Translations under genes and position numbers: made by a program
Assembly (NCBI GenBank): GCA_050296515.1
Contig: JBNKRJ010000051.1
Span: forward strand, 51,192-115,191
Length of the DNA: 64,000 nt
Reading direction: 5' to 3'
Source of the DNA: Bacteroidales bacterium
GTDB lineage: Bacteria > Bacteroidota > Bacteroidia > Bacteroidales > NBLH01
Shown here: positions 1 to 9,605 of the stretch, one piece after another
How positions within the stretch are numbered: position 1 is the stretch's first letter
Layout of the letters: each line of letters begins with the position of its first letter
The notes under the pieces: model-generated
The model's database searches: none
What the model saw: the letters and a program-made list of their open reading frames with translations, nothing else
Told to the model about the DNA's origin: nothing

Positions 1-519
1 CAGCAAAAGATATAGCATTGCCGGAAAAAAATAGAGGTAAGCTAAATTGTAGTGCCCTCCAAACCTGTCAAGCTGCGGACTGAGGAAAATTACTATTGCT
101 GAAACTAAAAAGCTATAAATTGGTGGTAAAGATAACTTTGAAAGAAACAAATACATAAAAACCAAGCCAATGACCAATGAAAATATCATCCAAACATTAA
201 GGATTGAAATAACACTGTTTGAAAAATCAAAACCAAAATTTTCTAAAAACTTTAGAGTATTTATTATTAAGGGCTGGTTACCAGTATAATAAACTGATTC
301 ACCATAGGGATAGTTTTGAGAAATTGTATGTGAATATGCACTATCGAATGTTAAATGATAGTATGAACCATATGTACTTTTAAGGCCATCACCACCTTTG
401 GCAAAAAAAACATAATTAGGTGACTTTAAGATATTTCCATAGAAATAATAAACCAAAAGGCTAGAAAGAATTAAAACCAGCAAAAGGTAAATTAAAGATT
501 TGTAAGACCTATTTTTCAC
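1..519 (-). CDS. Polytopic membrane protein, probable GT-C-type glycosyltransferase (5' part only; runs off window start)
   Basis: Not in ORF track (no stop in window). Manual translation from GTG at 519: MKNRSYKSLIYLLLVLILSSLLVYYFYGNILKSPNYVFFAKGGDGLKSTYGSYYH...NYPYGESVYYTGNQP; N-terminal TM then a periplasmic loop; directly downstream of GT2 gene. Confidence 0.6.
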   Translation of the reverse strand, partial: MKNRSYKSLIYLLLVLILSSLLVYYFYGNILKSPNYVFFAKGGDGLKSTYGSYYHLTFDSAYSHTISQNYPYGESVYYTGNQPLIINTLKFLENFGFDFSNSVISILNVWMIFSLVIGLVFMYLFLSKLSLPPIYSFLVSAIVIFLSPQLDRFGGHYNLAYLYFFPAMLYLLL

Positions 520-585
520 AAAAATTCTGTTTAAAATTTGAGTTCTGATAAAATGTTAAAGTAACTGATCAATGTGTTCATTAAA

Positions 586-1536
586 TTACTCCTCATTTGA
601 ATAGTATTCAGCAACATACAATGGCCTGTTTTTGACTTCGAGATGAATTCGACCAATGTATTCACCAATTATTCCTAAAAAAATCAGCTGAACCGAACCA
701 ATAAATATGACAAGCAAGGCGGTTGTTGCATAGCCTGTTGTTTCATAATTTTCATTCGTAAGATAATCCCATACCATTGTTCCTCCCATTATTGCTGAAA
801 TGATTATAGCAATAATTCCGAAGTAGGTTGCAAAACGTAAAGGTTTTATTGAAAAAGAAAGGACACTATCAAGCGCCAATCTCAGCAACTTTCTTCTGCT
901 ATACTTTGACTTGCCTGCATGACGAACTGGTGCTTTAAATTCAATAATTCTTTTATTTTTTACTCCTATCCAGCTTATTAACCCACGAAACATTCTGTTT
1001 CCTTCCTTCATTTTCTTTACGACCTCAATATATTTTCTGTCAACAAGCCTAAAATCAGGCGCTTGCGCTGGAATTTCAAAATCAGAAAAGTAGTTTAAAA
1101 GCTTGTAAAAAAGCTTTCCTCTCCATCTATTAAACTTCGATTCTTGTAAATTATCTGTCCTTTTTGTTAGTACTAAATCTGTACCATCCAGCCAATACTT
1201 TAACATTTCAGGAATTAAATCAGGAGGATGTTGTAAATCTGCATCCATAAAAATTACACAATCTCCTCTGCTATAATCCATACCCGCAGTCATTGCCAGT
1301 TCATGACCAAAATTACGAACAAGGTCAACTAGTTTCACACTTGAATCTGAGTTGATAAGTTGTAATATTTCAGTCTTAGTACCATCAGTACTTCCATCAT
1401 TCACAAATATCAATTCACAATTTATCCCAGCAGCTTGCTCCAAACAATTCATTAAAGCACCATATAGCTCTTTGATATTTTCTTCTTCATTATAAGCTGA
1501 AATGACAATACTTACACTACTTCTATTCGTTTTCAT
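586..1536 (-). CDS. Glycosyltransferase family 2, GtrB/DPM1-like polyprenol-phosphate glycosyltransferase
   Basis: SAYNEEENI, VNDGSTD, RNFGH, MDADLQHPP motifs; two C-terminal TM helices and GEYIGRI..EVKNRPLY tail. Confidence 0.92.
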   Translation of the reverse strand: MKTNRSSVSIVISAYNEEENIKELYGALMNCLEQAAGINCELIFVNDGSTDGTKTEILQLINSDSSVKLVDLVRNFGHELAMTAGMDYSRGDCVIFMDADLQHPPDLIPEMLKYWLDGTDLVLTKRTDNLQESKFNRWRGKLFYKLLNYFSDFEIPAQAPDFRLVDRKYIEVVKKMKEGNRMFRGLISWIGVKNKRIIEFKAPVRHAGKSKYSRRKLLRLALDSVLSFSIKPLRFATYFGIIAIIISAIMGGTMVWDYLTNENYETTGYATTALLVIFIGSVQLIFLGIIGEYIGRIHLEVKNRPLYVAEYYSNEE

Positions 1537-1545
1537 CTTAGCAAA

Positions 1546-3165
1546 TCATTTTTTCTTAAATAACTTCATGTTATAATTATCCGGGATTTTTACTCTTTGG
1601 TAATACTTTTCAAGCATTTCGTTTATGGTACTTTCACATTCTCTTTTGTCTGGTTTTTCTCCCAGAATAAAAACATAATCAGCTGATTGCTCCATATTAT
1701 TCGAATGCACCCAATAAACACAGGTACTATCTTTTTTTAACCCTCCTATCGTGTTATTAGGTATTTTGGGCTTCCATCTTATAGGAAACCAGCCTACATC
1801 AGCCTCATAATTTTCAAGAACAACCATCGGTTTATCGGCCCCCATATAATTTGAAAAATGAAGGCTTAACCAATTATCCGAAAAGTTTATAGGTATAACA
1901 GTTGAATTAGGTTCTATATAATCAGCGACTTTGTAAATGGGAGTTACAAAATTGTTCAAGTCTTTTGTAGCCAGTAAATATCGATAAACAAAACCAAGGT
2001 TTATCCCAATTATTACAACTACCGAGATAATGTTCAGCCATTTTGGAAATTTTTGAATAGCTAGCCATGCAATAAAAAATATATAAAACATCAGAGCAAA
2101 TCTATCAGACATCATTCCTGCACCACCACTGTTAGGATAATAAAAATACACTAATAATACAACCAATGAAATAAGCAAAAAGATATCTTTTTTTAAGAAT
2201 AATCCATTTTTAGTTGTATGAATAATTTTTTGCCAAATACTTTGATCTTGCTTATAATCAATTTGTTGTATTCTTTGAAAAAACAAAATAGCAGTTAACC
2301 CAACAAATAGATGATAAAGTACCTCAGTAAGTCTTAATTCAGGTTCATATGACAAAGCAATAATAGGCCGGATATCTTTTATCCATTTTATTAACTCTGA
2401 ATTATCTAAATATTCGTTCTCACCTGAGAAATCTCTTTTAAGAAAAAACCAGAGGAAAAGCAGCAAAGATGGAAGAGAAGCAAAAAATAATGTTGCTATT
2501 TGCTTGAAGTGAGTTTTTACAACTTTCTTTATGCTTCTTTTGTTTTGATAGGTTTCCCAGACCTCCTGTAGAGCTAATGTAAATATACTAAAAAGTAAAA
2601 ATGCATAAACCAGCAGATGAGCGAAGTAAGTAATACTTATCAGCAAAAATAAAACAACTGACATCCTCAATATGTTCTTTTCGTTTTTCTGTTTTAACCA
2701 ATAACTAATCGTGTAAAACAAAAGAATAAATGCTAAACAATAGTTGTAAAAACCAATATAGAACAAAAAACTATATGTAAATGGAAAAATAATATAGCTT
2801 AAAACAGGCTTATTATAAATTTTAACAAATGACCTGAATGACAATGGCAACAAAACAAAATATAAAATCAACAATACCTTTTCGGCCACCCAGGCAGGAA
2901 GAAATAAATTTGTAAGGGCAAGTATAAAATGCGAAAGCCAGTTTGGTACCGGTTCCGGGTTAATTGCAAAATAATTGTTCAAAGTGCTATGCGAATTAAA
3001 CAATAACTCACTGATAATATTTGAGTTATATAAATGTGCCGGACCATCCATTGTTGGGAAAAACCGAAATAAAAGAACTGGTAGCATATTTAATAATATC
3101 ATTAGTTGAAATAATTTCTTTTCACTAATTATTGATATTATTCTTTTAGAGCTAGTTTTGAACAT
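1546..3165 (-). CDS. Polytopic membrane protein, probable GT-C-fold glycosyltransferase
   Basis: Many TM segments, PTMDGPAHLYNS acidic first loop, soluble C-terminal domain; 9 bp upstream of GT2 gene. Confidence 0.55.
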   Translation of the reverse strand: MFKTSSKRIISIISEKKLFQLMILLNMLPVLLFRFFPTMDGPAHLYNSNIISELLFNSHSTLNNYFAINPEPVPNWLSHFILALTNLFLPAWVAEKVLLILYFVLLPLSFRSFVKIYNKPVLSYIIFPFTYSFLFYIGFYNYCLAFILLFYTISYWLKQKNEKNILRMSVVLFLLISITYFAHLLVYAFLLFSIFTLALQEVWETYQNKRSIKKVVKTHFKQIATLFFASLPSLLLFLWFFLKRDFSGENEYLDNSELIKWIKDIRPIIALSYEPELRLTEVLYHLFVGLTAILFFQRIQQIDYKQDQSIWQKIIHTTKNGLFLKKDIFLLISLVVLLVYFYYPNSGGAGMMSDRFALMFYIFFIAWLAIQKFPKWLNIISVVVIIGINLGFVYRYLLATKDLNNFVTPIYKVADYIEPNSTVIPINFSDNWLSLHFSNYMGADKPMVVLENYEADVGWFPIRWKPKIPNNTIGGLKKDSTCVYWVHSNNMEQSADYVFILGEKPDKRECESTINEMLEKYYQRVKIPDNYNMKLFKKK

Positions 3166-3261
3166 TTATCCGATTTTGGTTTATGGGGTCAAAAATAAAA
3201 AAACATCAGCAAAAATTGACCGATGTTTTTAACTATGAAGAGAGTAAATGGTATTCAATAA

Positions 3262-3813
3262 TTATAACTGCAACCTGCTTTTAAATGGTAAAAAGGTCAT
3301 AAAATCAGCATGATGAACCACATATGCTTCGGTTGAGCGTTTTACCAAATCACCTTCGTGAGCATGAGCTGCAATAATATGGCAAACCTCAGCAGGAACA
3401 GCACATTCTTCTGCTAAAGAAACTCCTGAGAAAGGATGACGCAAATACTTTCCATATGCTCCCTGAACTGCTTTTCCATTGTCATCTAGCTCATATTCAA
3501 GCAATTTACCAACATCAGCTAAAATAGCACCTGCTATTAAAACATCCATATCAACAGGTAAATCATCTTTGAAAAACTTGTTCATTTGTTCTCCTGAATC
3601 CTTTGTTATATGCACAACAGCACGTTTGTGTGCCAAAAAAGTCACGTTGCAATTTGGAACCAATAAAGTAAATGGAATAGTATTTAAATCATCAGTAGTT
3701 AAAACACTTCGCTCTAATGCCAATTCCCAAGTTTTTGCAGTTTTTTCGCGTAATTCTACATCTTTAATCCAAGCTAATTCTTCACCCCAGAGTTTTTTCA
3801 CATCATCAGTCAT
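3262..3813 (-). CDS. HD/HDIG-domain phosphohydrolase-like protein (HD dyad reads AD)
   Basis: AH..AV, GAILADVGKLLEY, RHPFSG, HIIAAH, HHAD pattern typical of HD domains. Confidence 0.8.
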   Translation of the reverse strand: MTDDVKKLWGEELAWIKDVELREKTAKTWELALERSVLTTDDLNTIPFTLLVPNCNVTFLAHKRAVVHITKDSGEQMNKFFKDDLPVDMDVLIAGAILADVGKLLEYELDDNGKAVQGAYGKYLRHPFSGVSLAEECAVPAEVCHIIAAHAHEGDLVKRSTEAYVVHHADFMTFLPFKSRLQL

Positions 3814-3998
3814 AATATAGTAATTTGAAGTTAGAAATTTGAAGTTAGATATTACATGTAAACATCTATGTTCAAGTCCATGTTTTCTGTATCAAAAATA
3901 GTGGAAAATGATACGATAAAGTATGACTTTGCTCAGTGAATCAGAAAAAGGGAAAATACTATCGTTTTTAAAAGTTTTGCATGAGGATAGCGAGTATT

Positions 3999-4688
3999 TT
4001 ACAATTTTATAAGACTTAAAATATCAATCAACTTTGTTACTTCATAGGTTGGTTTTGCATTCGATTCATTTTTAGTCCTCTCAGGATTAAACCAGCACGT
4101 ATCAATATTTGCCAAATTTCCACCAAGCATATCCGATTTCAAACTATCGCCAATAATCAATATCTCTTTCTTGTTATGGAAATTGATTTTATTTAAAGTG
4201 TATTCAAAAAACAATTCATCTGGCTTAGCAGCACCAACTTCTTCAGAAACTATAATATGTTCGAAATGTTTATCTAGTTTTGATTTGTTAAGCCGATTGT
4301 ACTGAGTTTTCTTTATTCCATTGGTAATGATTGCAAGCTTTGCATCACCATTTAATTTTGTCATGAGTTCATAAGTACCGTCAATGACAAAACTACTTTG
4401 TCCAAGAGCATCCAGGTATTTTGTACTAAAATTTCCAGGATCAATATTTAAATTTAGATCATTAAATAAAATCTCAAATCTCTTTACACGTAACCTTTCA
4501 GAGGTAATTGTTCCGTTTTCGAGTTCTGTCCATAATTTGGCATTTATTTCTCGATATTTATCAAGATAATTAGGGTAAAACTCTTGATTAAAAGCTTTGA
4601 ATGCTTCCAATAATGCAAATTTTTCAGACTGGTCATAATCAAGTAATGTTCCATCGGCATCGAACAACAGCCACTTGTATTTAATCAT
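3999..4688 (-). CDS. yjjG: HAD-family noncanonical pyrimidine nucleotidase (YjjG family)
   Basis: LFDADGTLLD motif I, ITNG, SEEVGAAKPD, IGDSLKSD. Confidence 0.85.
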   Translation of the reverse strand: MIKYKWLLFDADGTLLDYDQSEKFALLEAFKAFNQEFYPNYLDKYREINAKLWTELENGTITSERLRVKRFEILFNDLNLNIDPGNFSTKYLDALGQSSFVIDGTYELMTKLNGDAKLAIITNGIKKTQYNRLNKSKLDKHFEHIIVSEEVGAAKPDELFFEYTLNKINFHNKKEILIIGDSLKSDMLGGNLANIDTCWFNPERTKNESNAKPTYEVTKLIDILSLIKL

Positions 4689-4690
4689 TT

Positions 4691-5097
4691 TTATATTCTT
4701 TTATAATTTTCAAGCACATTTTCAGGGAATCTTACCGGCCTGTTTTTTTCCATACTAAAATAATATCCCATTTGTTTGCCTTCGCAATAAACAATATCGT
4801 TTTCGACAATTTCAAAAGGGGCCACCCACGTACTTTTCTCTAGTTTTTCGATCCAGGCTTTGCCTATTGGATGACTATTGATTGTCAAGGGCTTAATATA
4901 TTTAATATAGGTTTCTGCCAAAATCGGGGGAATTATTTTCTTTCAACATTTCTTCAAGTGGAAAATATTTATTGAGTATAGCAATTCTTAAATCTTTGAA
5001 CCATTTTACATAAAAAGTATTGTTTACAATTTGCATGTAATCAGTATAGTAAGATTTTACCTTTATGGATTGTTCAATGTACATTTTTTTTGGTCAT
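4691..5097 (-). pseudogene. Frameshifted acyl-CoA thioesterase (4HBT/YbgC hot-dog family)
   Basis: ORFs 4902-5084 (TDYMQIVNNTFYVKWF.DLR) and 4691-4921 (LAETYIKYIKPL...) join into one thioesterase if one G of the G5 run at 4926-4930 is removed; ATG at 5097 is also one base out of frame across a T8 run at 5084-5091. Confidence 0.75.
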
Positions 5098-5213
5098 TTT
5101 TAATCCATTAGTTTAAATTTGAAACTAAAAAAAATTTCAATAACTAAAGTATAGACAATCCTCCATCTAGCAAAGTCAAATTTAACCACGATTGCATGGG
5201 GCTAAAACCCCAA

Positions 5214-5237
5214 AAGGGACACATCTCTGCATCCCTT
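5214..5237 (-). terminator. Probable intrinsic terminator after the dehydrogenase gene
   Basis: Minus strand AAGGGATGCA-GAGA-TGTGTCCCTT followed by TT. Confidence 0.55.
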
Positions 5238-5284
5238 ATCTTATCAATATAAATCAAAATCAAGTAAACTACTTGTCTAATATT

Positions 5285-6481
5285 TTACAGTTTTGCAATT
5301 ATAGCATCTGCCATTTGCCTGGTTGAAGCGGCGCCATTGTTAATTACATCAGGCTTACCACGCATCTTCATCATATCATAAGTGCGCACTTTACCTTCTT
5401 CAATTACTTCAGCAACAGCTTTACGGATTTTCTTCGCAATCTCGTTTTCTTCAATAAAATCAAGCATCATACAAGCTGATTCAATCATTGCAACAGGATT
5501 CACAATAGAAGTCTCATAATCAGCATATTTAGGTGCAGAACCATGAGTAGGTTCAAATACTCCAACACCCGAATCGGGATTAATTTGAGCACTACATGCA
5601 AAACCTAAACCACCAATAAGACCAGCAAATCCGTCAGATACGATATCTCCAAACATATTACCTGCTACGATTACTCCGTAATCCTCAGGGTTTTTGGTTA
5701 ACCACATCATTTGCGCATCAATATTAGTGTTCCATAGTTCAATCTCAGGATAATCAGCTTTTTGCATTGCCAAAGCCATTTTGTACATCATTCCTGAAGT
5801 TTCGCGAATAACATTTGGTTTTTCGCAAAGGGTAACCGACTTGTATCCATATTTTTTAGCGTGCTCAAATGCAGCACGAAGAATACGCTCAGTTGCCTTT
5901 TTAGTAAATATTCTTGTTGAAATTGAAACTTCTTCTTTTGGTGTTTTACCAAAATTCTTAGCAAATTTAGGGTGAGTCATAAAAGCATCGTAAATCTGCT
6001 CAGAAGGGTTCGACCACTCAACACCACCATATAAACCTTCAGTATTCTGACGGAAAATAACCACATCAACCATAGGCTCTTCAATCTCATCGCCTACTCC
6101 ACGACGGATGAAGTTTAATGGGTTTCCTTTGTAAGTACGGCAAGGACGGGCACAAATATCCAAACCAAAATGCTGACGCAATCCAACAATAGGACTTGAA
6201 TATACCAAACCTTTTTCTTTTAATTCAGGAGCAAGTTCATCAAAAGCTTCGTCTTTTGGTTTTGAAGTAATCGCACCAAACAGCCCAACTTTATGTTCCT
6301 CTAATAGTTTAATTGTACGTTCTGGCAGTGGGTTACCCTCTATACACCAAAATTCCCAACCAATGTCTCCTTCAACATAGTCAGCATCAAAACCAGCTGC
6401 TGTAAGCACCCTGATAGTTTCGTCCAATACTGCTTTTCCAATTCCATCACCTGGCATAGCCACAATTGTTCTTTTTGCCAT
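5285..6481 (-). CDS. Isocitrate/isopropylmalate dehydrogenase family (beta-decarboxylating dehydrogenase; substrate uncertain)
   Basis: MPGDGIG, RQNTEGLY, NMFGDIVSD, FEPTHGSAPKYA, VNP motifs. Confidence 0.9.
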   Translation of the reverse strand: MAKRTIVAMPGDGIGKAVLDETIRVLTAAGFDADYVEGDIGWEFWCIEGNPLPERTIKLLEEHKVGLFGAITSKPKDEAFDELAPELKEKGLVYSSPIVGLRQHFGLDICARPCRTYKGNPLNFIRRGVGDEIEEPMVDVVIFRQNTEGLYGGVEWSNPSEQIYDAFMTHPKFAKNFGKTPKEEVSISTRIFTKKATERILRAAFEHAKKYGYKSVTLCEKPNVIRETSGMMYKMALAMQKADYPEIELWNTNIDAQMMWLTKNPEDYGVIVAGNMFGDIVSDGFAGLIGGLGFACSAQINPDSGVGVFEPTHGSAPKYADYETSIVNPVAMIESACMMLDFIEENEIAKKIRKAVAEVIEEGKVRTYDMMKMRGKPDVINNGAASTRQMADAIIAKL

Positions 6482-6701
6482 ATCTTTATAAGTTAGTTAC
6501 TAATTAATTGAATTAATTTTCTGACTCAAAAATAAGACATTTTTAAAGGCGATATAAAGGAAAAAGATGATTTAAATCAGGTTTTGAATCGCAGATAATC
6601 AAGTACTTATGATAAAAATAAATGGAATTACCTAACAATGTTATAGATACATCACAAAATTCCACCCTCCGCAGAAAACAACATGACAAAAATCATGATA
6701 C

Positions 6702-6812
6702 TTGAACTTAGAACCTAGAATTTAGAATTTTGAAGTTTGAAATTAGATATTCTTATAAACTAACTTTCTGGTACACTAAGTTCAAAGTTCCAATACACTA
6801 ATTTCTGAAATT
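6702..6812. repeat. Degenerate heptamer tandem array with inverted units
   Basis: TTGAACT TAGAACC TAGAATT TAGAATT TTGAAGT TTGAAAT TAGATAT (6702-6750); inverted units AGTTCAA/AGTTCCA near 6779. Confidence 0.7.
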
Positions 6813-7186
6813 CATTTCAAATGCCTCACTACCAAATAGAAAAAATAAATCCAACCTAAAAATAATATTGAACCACCAATAGGATTTAAAATTCCAAACT
6901 TTCCAACATCAACAAACGATTTGGTAAAAATAACTCCCTGAAATAGTAAGCTTCCTACAACAAAAGCAATGGCTACATAATTGAATTTAATGGTCGGAAA
7001 TAAATGCATAAGTATACCAAGTAAAATTAATGCAAGTCCATGATACATAGTAAAATCACGAGCAATCTGAAAGCTTTCAACGGCTTGTCTTTCAACCAAG
7101 GTTGGTTTTAGGGCATGACTTCCAAGAGCTCCAAAAAGAATTGAGATAAACGCAAATAAAATTCCGGTTGCTATGGTTAATTTCAT
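6812..7186 (-). CDS. DUF423 (YgdD/TMEM256-like) membrane protein
   Basis: GALGSHAL, YHGLAL, GSLLFQG, PIGG...GW; 4 TM. Confidence 0.85.
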   Translation of the reverse strand: MKLTIATGILFAFISILFGALGSHALKPTLVERQAVESFQIARDFTMYHGLALILLGILMHLFPTIKFNYVAIAFVVGSLLFQGVIFTKSFVDVGKFGILNPIGGSILFLGWIYFFYLVVRHLK

Positions 7187-7385
7187 TCGATATATAATTA
7201 AAATTTAATTTGGCTAAAAGTATAAATTCTAGTTAACTTAGCCACTCTTTATTTAGACTCGAGATGCAAGATTTTAGATATGAGAATATAGATTAGCTTA
7301 TAAAATATTTAATCTACCCGCTCAAATCCAGCGATTCAACACTCAGGTCTAATTACTCAATACTAACATCTAAATTACTATATAA

Positions 7386-8843
7386 ATGAGTGAAATATTG
7401 AAATTAAAACCGGAAGCTATTTGGAAATACTTCCATGAAATTACGCAAATACCCAGACCTTCTAAAAAGGAGGAAAGAATCATTCAGTATTTATTGGATT
7501 TTGCGAAAGAACACAGACTAGAAGCAAAAAAAGATGAAGTTGGTAATGTTGTGATTAAAAAAGCTGCTACTCCCGGCATGGAAAACAAGAAAGCTGTAAT
7601 TCTTCAAAGTCATACGGATATGGTTTGTGAAAAAAACAACGATACTGAGCATGATTTTGATAATGACCCAATTACAACCTGGATTGATGGCGAATGGGTA
7701 AAAGCAAAGGGCACAACTTTAGGTGGTGATGATGGAATTGGCATTGCTGCTTCATTGGCAATTTTGACTGATAACACTGTCAAACATGGTCCAATTGAAT
7801 GTTTTTTTACAGCTGATGAAGAAACAGGCATGTCAGGAGCATTCGGACTTCAACCCGGATTCCTGGAAGGTGATATTCTGATTAACCTGGATTCCGAAGA
7901 TGAAGGTGAATTATTTATTGGTTGTGCCGGTGGTATGGATACAACAGTTTCTTTTGACTATAAAAAAGAAGAAGTTCCATCCGGATATTATTCATGTAAA
8001 ATAACTGTATCGGGCTTAAACGGTGGTCATTCTGGTGATGAAATTGACAAAGGACTAGGAAACTCAAATAAAATTTTGAATAGATTCTTACACAGAATTT
8101 CTAAAATCGTAGATGTTCGTTTAAGCGAATTTGATGGCGGAAATTTAAGAAATGCTATTCCACGTGAAGCATGGGCTATAATAAATGTTCCAAATAACGA
8201 AAAAGAAACTATAAGAAAAGAATTGAATGTTTATGCAGCTGAAGTTCAGGCAGAATTTGCTATTACTGAAAAAAACCTGAAACTTGATTTAGATACAGTT
8301 GATACCCCGGCATTTGTTATTGACAAAAATACGCAACAGAATTTAATAAAGGCATTATATAGTTGTCCGCATGGGGTAATGGCAATGAGCCAGGCTATTG
8401 ATGGATTGGTAGAAACTTCAACAAACCTTGCTTCTGTAAAATTCAAAGGAGATAAAATTGAAATTTGTACAAGCCAGAGAAGTTCAGTTGGAACAGCTTT
8501 AAAAGATGTTGCGAACATGGTAGCAAGTGTTTTTCAACTAGCTGGTGCTGAGACAGTTCATAGCGATGGTTACCCTGGATGGAATCCGAATTTGGATTCA
8601 GATATCTTAAGAGTGACCGAAACTGCTTATGAAAAATTGTTTAATGAAAAGCCGAAGGTAAGAGCCATCCATGCAGGACTGGAGTGTGGGTTATTCTTAA
8701 CAAAATATCCAAATCTTGATATGGTTTCATTTGGACCAACCATTAAGGGGGCGCATTCACCAGATGAAAGAATGAATATCCCAACTGTTCAAAAATTCTG
8801 GGATTTACTAGTAGAAGTTTTGGAAAATATTAGTGATAAATAA
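7386..8843 (+). CDS. pepD: Aminoacyl-histidine dipeptidase (M20 family)
   Basis: LQSHTDMVCEK, TTLGGDDGIG, DEETGM, NLDSEDEG, GGHSG, IHAGLECG, HSPDE. Confidence 0.95.
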   Translation: MSEILKLKPEAIWKYFHEITQIPRPSKKEERIIQYLLDFAKEHRLEAKKDEVGNVVIKKAATPGMENKKAVILQSHTDMVCEKNNDTEHDFDNDPITTWIDGEWVKAKGTTLGGDDGIGIAASLAILTDNTVKHGPIECFFTADEETGMSGAFGLQPGFLEGDILINLDSEDEGELFIGCAGGMDTTVSFDYKKEEVPSGYYSCKITVSGLNGGHSGDEIDKGLGNSNKILNRFLHRISKIVDVRLSEFDGGNLRNAIPREAWAIINVPNNEKETIRKELNVYAAEVQAEFAITEKNLKLDLDTVDTPAFVIDKNTQQNLIKALYSCPHGVMAMSQAIDGLVETSTNLASVKFKGDKIEICTSQRSSVGTALKDVANMVASVFQLAGAETVHSDGYPGWNPNLDSDILRVTETAYEKLFNEKPKVRAIHAGLECGLFLTKYPNLDMVSFGPTIKGAHSPDERMNIPTVQKFWDLLVEVLENISDK

Positions 8844-8845
8844 TA

Positions 8846-8906
8846 AGTTAGCAGTCAGCAGTTGACAGTCTTTTGACAAAAACTGTAAACTGTAGACTGC
8901 ATAACT
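8846..8906. repeat. Heptamer fold-back repeat after pepD
   Basis: AGTTAGC AGTCAGC AGTTGAC AGTC ... AACTGTA AACTGTA GACTGCA TAACT. Confidence 0.7.
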
Positions 8907-8979
8907 TAGACCACTTCTCCATATACAAGCAATTTAAATTTACATTCTGTACACAAATAACCAACTTTTATTCTAATCA

Positions 8980-9465
8980 ATGACCAGATTATCCTCCAGA
9001 GCAACTTCTTTTTGGAAGAACATTTTTCCAATAATTATTTTCTTTGCATCAGTTATGTTTGCAGCTAATATGGTGGCAAATGAAGCACCATTTTACATAG
9101 CTCTTGTTCTTGGTTTTTTGTTGATATTTTATTCATTTATTTCTGTTCGCAAAGCAAGGCAGGTTCATTACGACAAAGAATACTTATACATTGAATACCA
9201 GCCGGAATCAATAAAAATTCCTTTAACCCGCATATTAGAAATAAATGAGTATTGGATAACGCCCAGAACAGCAACAATTGTTTTAAAAGAACCCTGCCAG
9301 ATAGGACACAAAATAAAGTACGTACAGCGATTCAAGCTATTTTTATTTTCAGCAAATCATCCTGATGTAGTAAAACTATACGAAAGGTTGAAAGTAAACG
9401 CTAAAAAAGAACTGGAAACTTCAAAGAAAGAAAAAGGAAGAATTTATCGTTTATTTGCTGATTAA
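8980..9465 (+). CDS. Hypothetical protein with two N-terminal TM helices and a small soluble domain
   Basis: 161-aa ORF filling the intergenic space; hydrophobic N-terminal helices. Confidence 0.6.
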   Translation: MTRLSSRATSFWKNIFPIIIFFASVMFAANMVANEAPFYIALVLGFLLIFYSFISVRKARQVHYDKEYLYIEYQPESIKIPLTRILEINEYWITPRTATIVLKEPCQIGHKIKYVQRFKLFLFSANHPDVVKLYERLKVNAKKELETSKKEKGRIYRLFAD

Positions 9466-9605
9466 TAAAAATATTCCTGAATAAATTAATAGTTTATACA
9501 GAATGGTTATCATGTAACAGAAAACAAATTTTCTTAACATGCTAATCCTTAGGCATTATACCAAAGTCTTTTTTATTACCTTGATGGCGGTTTGGTATTA
9601 GAATT

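Noticed and set aside
5285..6481. Naming the dehydrogenase icd or leuB
   Set aside because: Family motifs are clear, but substrate specificity cannot be assigned by eye and no leu or TCA genes are adjacent.
3924..6579. TGA-N6-TCA boxes upstream of the HD gene (3924) and the dehydrogenase (6568) as a shared CRP/FNR regulon
   Set aside because: Short motif, frequent in AT-rich DNA, and at different distances from the putative -7 elements.
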